Source: Nageia nagi
Lineage: Eukaryota; Plantae; Pinophyta
Length of the DNA stretch: 64,000 bases
NCBI GenBank assembly: GCA_050084985.1
Contig: JBITNC010000001.1
Location: forward strand, 153,822,001 to 153,886,000
Reading direction: 5' to 3'
Shown piece by piece: positions 53,201 to 64,000 of this stretch (the stretch's first letter is position 1; the number at the start of each line of letters is the position of its first letter). Made by a program: the position numbers and the translations under genes. The notes under the pieces were generated by a model. It did not search any database. It was given only the letters and a program-made list of their open reading frames with translations, and was not told where the DNA came from.

Positions 53201-56200
53201 CCTTGATGTAGTGTACCTATCCTTTCCCTATGCAATAGTGTCTTGGCTCCCATTTCTTCTTGCAATAGAAGCACTTACCTTCTTATCTTAGTGTCTTTCT
53301 AGTGAAAGCATCCAACTGATTTGATCTAGGCATGGGGGGTGCTTTGTCCTTGCTATGCCCTTCCCACATCCATCAAATTGGTGGTGCCTTGTTGGTTGAT
53401 CCTCCCTTAAGGAATTTCATGGTAGGCTCCAGGTCATATGTTAATCGAATGGCATTGTCTAAGATACTAGGATATGAAACTCCATCTCAAACTCATCCAC
53501 CATGTTTGTCTACCTCAAAGAATTCAAATCTTAGAAGTAATCATTCTCCCTCTTTTGATCAAACCTCTTTACTAACCACCTAGCGAACTCCTCAAATGTG
53601 GTGATGTGGCTATAGCCTTGACTCACCATGCCATGACTCCACCACTCTAATGCATCTCCCTCTAGATGCAAAGATACAAAATTGATGGCTTCCTCCTCCA
53701 TCATGCTAGGGTTCAAAATAAATAATGTCTACAATTGGTGCACCCAAGCTCTTATTATCATCCTCTTACCATAAAGAATGGGTACTTGCATCTTATTGGT
53801 CTTATGCTATAGATCTCTCTTTCTATCCCACTGCCCTCCTAATTGACATTGGCCATGTGAGACACCCTTTAACCCCAATAGCTCCAAATAGCTCCAACGG
53901 CCAAGCACCCTTTCTATAGGGTCTTCTTCCTCTTTCAATGCAAACATGGGCTTGTTTGGCCTAGGAATGATAGGTTGATCATCCCTTCCTCCAACGTTGG
54001 TTTCCAGGTACCATTTGAGAAGGGGGCTCTCCTATTGTGGTATCTACTATGATTGGGATCTCTATAATTATGGCATAAATTATTCCCTAAACCCTTATAT
54101 GGATTTCTTATCTCTCATGCTCTTGGATCTCCTTAATGAATGCTCCTCTTTAGTATGATCACCCTCCAAAGATCCTTCAAAATCATTCTCATCGTAACAT
54201 GGGGGTGGAGTTGCTTCCTTGGTGTGACATGGGATCTCTAAATCCTCATTCTCCTTTTGTAACCCCTCTAGACCTTCATCAAGCTAATATGGGCCTCCAT
54301 GGCCTCCCTTATCACCTCATTAGGCTCTATAGCCTCTCTAAGTGTGGCATGGATCCTGATCTTCACTATCCTCCACTTATGGACCAACTCCCTCATCCCT
54401 GATCCTTCTTCCATGCCTTATTCTATCTAATTCATGTTGAGAAGGTTCTTGATCATTTTGGACATGGAAACTTGCTCTTGGCTCTTCTCTTCCTTCTCTT
54501 CTCTATCAATCTCCTTCCTTTACCTCATCCCAATACTAGTCCATTCTTTGCTACAATGATCACATGGTTTTGATCATGCTATGCAAGGTTGGGATCAAAG
54601 CCCTAAACTCCCATTCATGTGTGTCATCCCTATCCCTCCTCCTCTCAATTAGAGGTTCTTCTTGTGCTACTTCCTTAAACCCTGGCCTTGGGAATTTGGC
54701 CTCTTCTTCAATCCAATGTCTAGCCTCTTCCACCTGATGGTCATCTTTAGATCTCCCACCCCTCCTAGTAGACAACATCTCTCTCTTACTAGATCTGGTG
54801 TAATAATGGTGGATCTTGGGTTTCATACAATAGACTATCAAGATATAAGATTTGATACCACTTATGATGATCTAAAATCACCCTCAATAAAAATAAACCA
54901 AGCTAGAGTTTCCACATTCCTCAAACACCAAATGACCACCTTCTAGGGTATACAAACACCTCAATGCACCAACATGGGCCTCCTAGGGCTCTTGGATAAC
55001 ATACAATAATAAATGAGATCCACCTAATGCTAACATCATCCCTTAGGGCTTCCCCAACACTTTACAAACCCCATAAATACCTTCTAGCAGTAATGTATAA
55101 TATAGAATTACCAACTATGGGGATACATAATAATATGGAACCAGAATAAGCTTCTAACACCAGTATACAAGAGACACACACATACATAAACAATGGACAT
55201 TATAATGGGGAGAGACACAAGCTATATTTTATTATGGAATGGTATGCATTACAATGAGGATATCAATATCTAGATATAGGGTTTCAAACCCTCTACAAGT
55301 TGAACACCATAAGAAAGACTCACTCCCTTAGACTTTGAATCTTCTCCTATGAAGGAGCCTCCTCGAACCTTGGCAACCATTTAAGGTATAATCTCACCTT
55401 GAAAATACCATCAAATGGACTAGGTGACCAACCTAAGTCATAGAGTGCTAGACTTCCAAACTTGTCATCCCTTTAGATGTCATTTAAGAATAATTCTTAA
55501 CACTACCAAGACTTGTATGCTTGATCATGTTTTGTATTGAAAAATTATAATTAATATCTAACCCCCTCATGGAGCTCTATCCTTAATGTATAGCCTCACA
55601 TGTCTATCCATCATACCTCATTATCATCCCAAGCTAAGTCTATGCCAACATTGGGGTCAACAAGTCAACCATGCCAACGTGGGGGTCATATTGACCCAAT
55701 ATGCTAACATGGGGATCCCATGGGCCTAGTGTGCCAACGTGGGGGTCATAAAATCCTTCAAGGTTGATGTGGGGTCTAATGGGCCTCTTGAAGCTAATGT
55801 GGGGTCTAATGGGCCTCCTCAAGCTGATGTGGAGGTCAAAGTGACCTCATAAGCCAATGTGGGGTAAGTGGGGCCCTCCCAACAATGGTGTATCCTTTTG
55901 CTCACTCTAGACTGTATAGGACTCATGCCTATCTAAGGATTCCCACAATCTGAGATACCCCATTACAAACTAATACAACACTACTCAAGGGGATACATCC
56001 CATTATTGGGCTCACTGTGGGGTCAATAAACAATAAGCTCCTATTTGAGTTGACCATGATACATTTTTTCAATGGTCAAAATGGGACATCACACTCCTCT
56101 AATGATTGTAGTGGAATCTCAAAGATTCACTAGTAGTATTCTAATAATCTGAAGGTAATGACAACATCCCTATTATGGCTAGTTAATAACTTGGTACTAT

Positions 56201-57097
56201 ATACCCCAAGTGTGTGCCCACAATGTGTCTATCCTGCATCATGTTATAGATACCTTCACTCTACTAGAGTAGATTACTAGAATAGTCAAGCTCCAATATA
56301 AATAAGAATAATAGTAATCAACATATTCTTTATCTTTCAAGAGTCCTCCTTATATAGGAGAGGTGGTTCATCTTCTAATATTACATTGAGATGATCTAAT
56401 GATGTACATGGCTAATTTCTTTTCTCATGATACCAATGTTTAATATGGAGAGCCTTGGGATGAGAGAGATCATATCCAAGGGCCTAGAATACCAATGTTG
56501 GAATGAGGTGGCTTTTAATGTGTCTTAGTTCAATGTTATATGCTAGCATGCCTCTAAGAGTATGATGTGGGGTCTTGGGATACCTATAAGTGCAATGTGG
56601 GGGTCCTAATATCCTCTTTAACATAACATCCAAGTCTGAGAGCCATTTAAACCCTTGTAATGCCAACTTCCTCTCTAGATGTGCCACATCCAAGCCTAGG
56701 AGTCTTTATGATGCCTCAAATTTGGTGTAATCACATAGGTGGATGCTCTACCTCAAAGAAAGGAGCATTAATAAAAAGAATATTATCTAATGCCAATATT
56801 ACAATCATTAAGGCTAAATATGCAACATCTCATTAATGAAGACTAATATTGCATTTGCAATCCATAATGGCCTTGGTATTATCAATAAATCATTATTGGC
56901 ATAATTAGACACTCAATTATATATAATATGTTAAATAGGGACCAATGTTCCATAATTGAAGCACTAAACTACTCTCCAAGTGGAACTTACAAGTAATTGG
57001 CCAAATAATTCCTAAATAAGCAAAATCACATTTAATCTAATATTCCCATTTATCAATGGTGAAATGGGGATATTACTATAAAAATGGGGACATTAAA
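50270..57097. mobile_element. Probable solo LTR (about 1.4 kb net: 50270-50657 plus 56099-57097) inserted in the CRM-like gag
   Basis: TSD AAGAA (50265-50269 / 57098-57102); ends TATGATG...GGGGACATTAAA resemble those of the nested element; gag resumes with a zinc-knuckle remnant after 57102. Confidence 0.7.
50658..56093 (-). mobile_element. Non-autonomous Gypsy element with gag and protease but no RT, RNase H or integrase core (TR-GAG-like)
   Basis: LTRs at 50658-51912 and 54863-56093; perfect TSD CTCCT; PBS TGGTATCAAA (54851-54860); PPT at about 51913-51926. gag (LHLEGDALEWW), zinc knuckle (CFYCKKKWEPRHYC), protease (MIDLRASHNFI), then only an integrase C-terminal remnant. About 30-bp tandem GCCAATGTGGGGGTC units lie inside the LTRs. 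Confidence 0.9.
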
Positions 57098-60000
57098 AAG
57101 AATGAATATAGGGGGAGTTGTTCACATTATGATAGAGATTATTATATTGATGATAATTGTTGAAAGACTCATCTTTAAAATAACCCATACAAGAAGAAGA
57201 AGAATTCTAAAAAAGAGAATGCTATGATCACCAAGAGTGAGCCTCTTAATGATAGTTCTAAGGTAGGTGATGAAATCAATTATGCAATAGTTCAAAGGAG
57301 GGAAATAATTGTAAGGACAAGTGAATGTAACTATTTCATCTCAAGGTTCAAGTGAAGAAGTTCAGAATTGATTCATTCATTAATCCTACATCACAACAAA
57401 CCTCATTGTTGAAAGTTGTATGAATAAGTTAAGATTGGAGATAACCAATCATCCTCATCCATATCCATTGGGATGGGTGCATAATGATGTAAGTTGATTT
57501 TTTTATCAACAAAAATTTCATTGATACAGTAGGTGTTGATGTAGCACCTCTTGATATTTGTAGGTTTATATTTGGTAGTCCATATCTATGGGATAAAGAT
57601 GCCATTTACTACAAGAAGAAAAAATAGTATAGGTTGATTAAATATGGAAAGTCATTTTTTATTACTATCCATAGAAGCAAGAAGTGTATAGAGTTGGTGT
57701 AAAAAAGCTAGATGAAGATACTTATCAATTCTAGTAAAGAATATATACTTACAGTAATCCAATTAAGGGAGAAAGGTTTTGGAAAATCAATGTCAACATT
57801 GAAGATAGATTATATCTCAATGTCAATGTTGAAACCAGTGCTAGTGCTAGAAAAATAGGAGTAGGTTCAGATTATGTTGTAAGAGTTTCAAGAGTTATTT
57901 GTAAATCCCAAGGGGTTTCCACCAAAATATTCCATTGAGCATGAAATATAGTTATTTTTTAATGCTTATATTCTTAACATTGGATTATATAGATAGTCTA
58001 TTATGGAGTGTGATAATATTAAGAAGTAAGTATGGGAATTTTTGGATCAACAAGTGATAAAACTGAGCACTTCTCCATGTGGAGCACCTATGGTCTTAGT
58101 GCCAAAGAAGGATGGGACTTAAAGGATGTGTATTGAATATAGGGCATTAAATACAATTAACATTAAGATTCAATACTCATTTACTAGGATTGATGATATT
58201 ATGGATCAACTACATGGTATAAATCATTTTCCAAGTTGTACTCATGAAGTGAATATCATCAACTATAGTCATAGATTATTTTCCAAGTTGAACTTACGAA
58301 GTTGGGCTTGTACTTCTTTTTGAGTTGTGTAATGCACCAACCACCGTTATGAGGGTAATGAATGAATTTCTTAGATATTTTATTGATTCTTTTGATGTTG
58401 TTTACTTGGATGATATTTTGGTTTATATTCATACTTGGGAAGATTATTTGGTACACTTGAAGCAAGTGCTCCAAACTCTTTAAAAAGAGAAATTCTTATT
58501 GAAGTTGAGTAAGTGTGAGTTTGGTAAGCAATATTTGGTGTACTTAGCACATATTATTAGTGGGGGTGGGGGGGGGATTGAAGATTGATCTTAAAAGAAG
58601 GTGAAAACCATAAATAAGTGGCTAAATACCTAGCAATGTCATTGAGACTAGGAGTTTCTTAGAAGTTGTTCAATACGTTACAAAGTTCATCGCTAACTTT
58701 TCAAGTATTACTTCTCCATTGCATGATATCATAGGAAAAAGTTAGAGTTTTCAATGGGAAAATAAGAAACAAAAATCTTTTTTGACTCTCTATAGCAAAA
58801 GATTAGTGATGCACTTGTATTAACACTCCTAAATTTGTAATAACTATTTAAGATTGAAACTAATGCAAGTGAGTATGTTATGTGGGCAATTTTGATGCAA
58901 GGAAGGATACCTATTTTTTATCATTTAGAGAAGTTTTATGGAGCTACATTGAATTATCCTACCTATGAAAAAGAGTTGTATGCTTTGGCTTAGACTGTTA
59001 AAAAATAGAAGCATTATTTGGTTGGTATAGAACTAATAATTCATATTAATCATCAACCTTTACAATATGTCCAAACCTAATCTAAGTTTCAAAAAGTAAG
59101 GCATTTTATTTGGATGATAATTTTACAATAATTTCATCTCATTATCAAGTACAAGAAAGGCATCACAAAAAAAGTGGAAGATATGCTATCAAGATTGCTA
59201 GTGGCAACACCAACACTACAAGGAGTGCCAATGTCGAAGACATAGATTATTTCATTTTTGAGTATGTAGTAATGAATTTTAGTCCTTTTTTTCATGAAAT
59301 AAATAATGAATCTTATTTGCATGATACAAACTTTAAGTATGTATATTTGAAGTTCAAGAAGTTTTTAAACTAGAAGGTGAGAAAATGGTTGATTTCCATA
59401 TCAATGATGGTGTCATTTACAAGTTGAATTCTTTATGTATTCCTAAAGGGGAGAAGATTAATCTAATCAGAAAATCTCATCTTTGGAGTTGGAAAGATAT
59501 TTACAAATATTCAAAGTTATTTATATTGGCCTAACATGCAAGAGAAAGTTGCAAAGGACATAAGGGTTTGTATAATATATTGCACTAGCAAGCCTAGCAA
59601 TAGAAAATTGGGATTGTATCAATCACTTCTTATACCTAAAAAATCTTGGAAGACTATTTCCATGGATCTTGTAGAAGGATTACTAATGATAAAGAGTTGT
59701 AGTGATTACTTGTTTGTAGTGGTGGATAGATTCAATAATATGTGTGCTTTAATTCCATGTAAGAAGTCTATTACTATACATGATGTAGCATATCAGTTCT
59801 TTTCTTTTGTTTGGATTCATTTTGGTTTACCTATTACTATTTCTAATCAAGATTCTAAATTTTTGGGTAAATTTTGGACTTGTTTATGGGAGAATATGGA
59901 TACTAAGTTGAAAAGAAGTATTATTTTTCATCCTCAAATTGATGGTGAAACTAAGGTTGTAAATAGGATAGTAGTTTAGTTGTTGTGCAAGTATTGTGGA

Positions 60001-61989
60001 AAGCATCTAAAAACTTGGGATGAGCATCTTTTATATATCCAACATTCCTACAATAAGGCAGTTCATACTTACACTAGTAAGTCTCTATTTGAAATATATT
60101 TTGGGTACCTTCCACCATCACCATTTAACTGTGTTTTTGGGCAACATGGTGAGTCTAATGAAACTTTGGTTAAGGAAGAAGAACAAGTTGTAAAGTTCAT
60201 TAAAAAGATTCAACATGTTCACCTCAAAGTTCAAGAGTAACTTAAAACTAGTTAAGTAAAGTATAAGTTGAGACTTTGAAAGCATATAATTGATCATAAA
60301 TTCTAAGTGGAAGATCAAGTACGGTTACATCTTAGCAAAGATAGACTAAAAGGACCAGCCAAGAAGTTGAAGCCTATTCGGTATGGACCATTTGCAATTA
60401 CTAGGCAAGTAGGGAAAAATGACTTCAAGTAGAGTTTACCGTGGAGAATTTTAATTTATTTGAGTCTTCGATGATTATTGAAGATGAATCATTATTAATT
60501 CAAGGTTTTCCATCTATTAAGGACCTAGCTCCAAGTACAATGGATGAGTTCAAGGAGCATTATATTCTGCAAACAAAGGTTCATGCAACAAGAAGTGTCA
60601 ATAAAAGATATGGTTGATTGGATTGAAAGGATGGTTTCCTAAAAGAGACAAGTGATACGATAAAGTTAAGGTGAGGGAATTATTTCCTCATCTTTTTCCC
60701 AATTAAGCATTTATGGGATGAAATGCCTTCTTCATTAGGGAGGTGTGATTTGGATATTGATTGTATATGAGTGGATATAAGCCAAAGGATATCCATGCTT
60801 AGGTAATTGATGTGATCAAATGAATTTTGATGTACATTGCTTACAAAAGTTTAGCACCAACGTTGGGCCATGTGTCAACACTGTCGTGAGTGTCAACGTT
60901 ATGTTTTGTGAGGAATGGGATTTCAATACTATGGGAGATAGTAGTTTATGATGATTTTTCGTATTAGAAGTGTTTTATATATGTTTAGATGTGTTAAGAT
61001 TTTGCACTGTCTCTTAAAAGGTTGACTCAAGGGAAAAGACACGACCCAACACTTGACCTAATTATGACCCAAGTCTTACTTAGAAAAATACATTATCTGG
61101 TAACACCAACACTGATGGTAGCATCGATGCTATGGTTTCTAGGAAGTTTGATCTTCAACCTTTAGAGTTGAGTTCAGTAGTGTTGGATGAGTTAATCTTT
61201 ACACGTCTATGCTTAATATATGTCATACATCTTAGCATCAGCATTGGTTGACCAAAACATGTTTTGAGGATGTTGAAGTGGTTTAAGACCTTTTGAAAGA
61301 TCTTGAGGAGTTGGAGAGTTGCTTAATTATCCAAGGAGTATCATATCTTCCTATATAACCTTGAGAAGCTTTCATATAAGGGGTTAGATAAAGAAAGTAC
61401 ATTGTACGAAGGTTGTAGATGTGTTTTGCATGATTATTGAACTTGAAGGGCTTGGAGAAGTGTTGCAGATTTGTACAAAACCTGATTTGGAGGTTAAAGA
61501 GTTCCAAGGAGTGTTGTAGACTACATAAGGGGTTAAAGGTTGTTGAAGGCAATATTCTTGCTCTAATTCTTATCATCGTAATGCTTCATTTGGGCCAATA
61601 TAATTCCAAACTTCATTAAATTGGATGTTCTCTCACATTGGGAGGAACAAGTATATATACTAGTGTCATTTATATATGTGAGCTTGCAAGTAAAATTATT
61701 GTAGATTATCATAGATATTTTAGTGAATTTGTTAAAGCATATGCAATATAGAATAATGGCATGAAAATGAATTAATAAATCTATATTTTAAGATTCCAAA
61801 ATAATATAACTTACAAATTATTACAGATCACCTAATGATATAGTAAGAAGCAACATCAAATTTCACTTATAAAATCTTACATTAGAATTGAGATATATTA
61901 TTATTCTTTTATTATTTGATATGAACTTTACATTTTGTATTTTTTTTCTTTCTATTTATTCATTTATTTGATTCAAACTATATAAATTT

Positions 61990-62531
61990 TTTTTCTCTTT
62001 GTAAACCTTAAGCAATCAATTTACTTATGTGTGTATTCATTTAGAAAACTTATAACTCAAATGTATTCATATAAATGTACAAAAGAAAACAAAAAAAACA
62101 AGATAAAAAAGTATTTAGATTTAAGAAATTATTTTATTGAATGTTTAAAATTTATCCTAAAATACTTAATCATAGTAAAAAAAGATAGATTCTTGTAAAA
62201 GTTTGAAATAGATTTTATTTTTTAATTTTTCAACTAATTCTAAAAGCTTAAAAATATTAATCATTTTTCTCTTTATAAACCTTAAACAGTCAATTTGATT
62301 ATATTTGTATTTATTTAGGAAACTTATAACTCAAGTGTATTCATAAAACTATACAACAGAAAAATAAACAACATAAAAAAAAATTACATTTAAGAAATTA
62401 TTTTATTGAATGTTTAAAATTTATTCTAAAATAAATAATCATAGTAAAAAAAGGTTTTTGTAAGAGTTTCAAATAGATTTTATTTTTGGATTTTTCAACC
62501 AATTCTGAAGGTTTAAAAATCCTAGTCATTT
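61990..62531. repeat. Two-copy tandem duplication, period about 274 bp
   Basis: 61990-62263 aligns with 62264-62531 (e.g. AACTTATAACTCAA.TGTATTCATA, TTAAGAAATTATTTTATTGAATGTTTAAAATTTAT). Confidence 0.9.
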
Positions 62532-62815
62532 GCCACGTATGTCAGTGCTGGCATATTACATGATCCCCACGTGTTCACCTCTTAACGTCTTTCAAAAAAC
62601 GAAACTACAACAGATTTAAACTTTATGCCTGGTTTGCCAAGATTCAACTCTGGCAAAAACGGCGGCCGAGTTTTCATCTAAAATTCCTTTGATCTCCATC
62701 CATTTCTGTGTCTCTGACGTGTATGGGACTCGCACTTAAATCCTGATCATTTCAGGCCGCTTTTTGCAGAATTTGGCTGAAGAGTTGTTGAAATTTAAAG
62801 GTTTTTCAGGTAGGG
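62530..62815 (+). promoter_or_regulatory. CpG-retaining candidate promoter / first non-coding exon of a gene not completed in this window
   Basis: GCCACGTA (62532), G-box CACGTG (62568-62573), TGACGT (62716), many CpGs, and a donor-like CAG|GTAGGG at 62810 followed by U-rich sequence. Strand is inferred. Confidence 0.35.
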
Positions 62816-64000
62816 AGAGTAACACGGAGAATAATAGTTGAATATGCATTTCTGCAGTTAAAATTATGGTGATAAGTGTTGGAAATTTTGTTTTTGAGAT
62901 CCATTTTATCTCGCAAACACTGAAGACATGCATGTCGTCCGAGCATTTCACTTTGAGTAATTTATTGATGCATTTATATTGTGGAAACCTTTTGCAAATT
63001 TAAATTTCGTCTTTAGAGCATCAAAACTGATAAATCTTTTGAAATTCTTCAAGCAAACCTGAAACATTGGTAAATTTATAACAAACGGAGAACAAATCAA
63101 AAGGGAATATTATTATTGTTATTGCTGTTATGCACTTGAAGATTTGGAGAAAGCCACATTATGTTTGTTCTGCCACATATAGTACCTTAGAGGAATTCAA
63201 CTAAGTTATAATGTAGTTGAAGTTGTCCAGTTCGTACAAGTATCAGCATGGCTGCACAGAATAGATTTTTTTGAAATTTAAAAAAAAATTAAAGGCATTA
63301 TGTTGCATTTCTTGACGTTGGCAATTTTAGGGCAGATTGCTCACCATCATGGCTTTGTTAACTATACTCCGTCAAAAGTTTTTAAAGGCACTTTCCAGTT
63401 TGCTACATAGATATCTGAATTTTCGCTCATATATAATTTATTTTCATGTGCATCAAAGTTCTCCTTCAGCTAAGCAATAATGTCAAAGGGGTAATTCTTA
63501 ATATATGCTGACAAAAAATCACACTTTCTATATAGGGGGAGATTTTCAAACATGGCATTATCAATTTTCTTTCAATACACCTGTTGGAGAAGACTATAGG
63601 CAATTTTGTGATTTTTTTCTCCGTTTTAATGATATATCTTATTCAAAATTGGAATGTATTGATTTAGAATGAAATTTCATTAATGGATATGCTATCTTAT
63701 CAAATAGCTTGTAAATTGGACATATCACATATACAACAACCAAAAGCTACTGAAGCAGCTTGACAAAATATAACATGGAAACTATAGGCAGTTAAAGGTT
63801 TTAAAATCTCTATTCTTGAGAACTCATTTTCTTTTAAGTTGTTTATACTTTATACCACTTTCTATCATAATGAGTGCAAGGTTCTTTGGCCCTTTTTCCA
63901 AGTGTACATAATCTCTAATCATGTTAGTACCAAAATCAAGATTGGAGTTTACGTCATATTTGTTCTCCAAATTTCCATTGATCTCTCATTACTTATGAAA

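Larger units (their letters stand above)
48261..61830 (+). mobile_element. Full-length CRM-like Ty3/Gypsy retrotransposon (degenerate) with nested insertions in gag
   Basis: LTRs at 48261-49297 and 60746-61830 with TGAT...ATCA ends; perfect TSD CCTAA; PBS TGGTATCA at 49300; PPT AGGGAGGTG. gag (PSKVESKL, NWLKQLEVYF, DHALIWW), protease (about 57340), RT (MCIEYRALN, VYLDDILV), RNase H, and integrase (WKTISMDLV, VVVDRF, HPQIDGETKVVNR, YGPF). Confidence 0.93.

Overview
AT-rich plant genomic DNA, most likely a gymnosperm (cupressophyte-like, judged from a CYP750-type P450 and the PLS-PPR repeat style). There is one clearly intact gene, a two-exon CYP71-clan cytochrome P450 (CYP750-like, 25899-28103, +). 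Most of the rest is decayed, nested transposable elements whose boundaries can often be read from LTR pairs, PBS/PPT and target-site duplications (TSDs). From left to right: a truncated PPR pseudogene; Tat-like and chromovirus fragments; a near full-length LINE split by a Copia element; a degenerate, intron-containing Helentron/Helitron2-type (HLE2) RepHel just downstream of the P450; a chromovirus integrase split by a non-autonomous Tat-like element; a second Copia-family LTR cut off by a compound microsatellite; and a CRM-like Gypsy element containing a solo LTR that itself contains a gag-protease-only element. Two non-TE, CpG-retaining islands may mark unannotated transcripts: 22.1-23.1 kb (strong minus-strand splice signals and a candidate 7-nt micro-exon) and 62.5-62.9 kb. 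All calls come from reading the sequence by eye; no searches were run.
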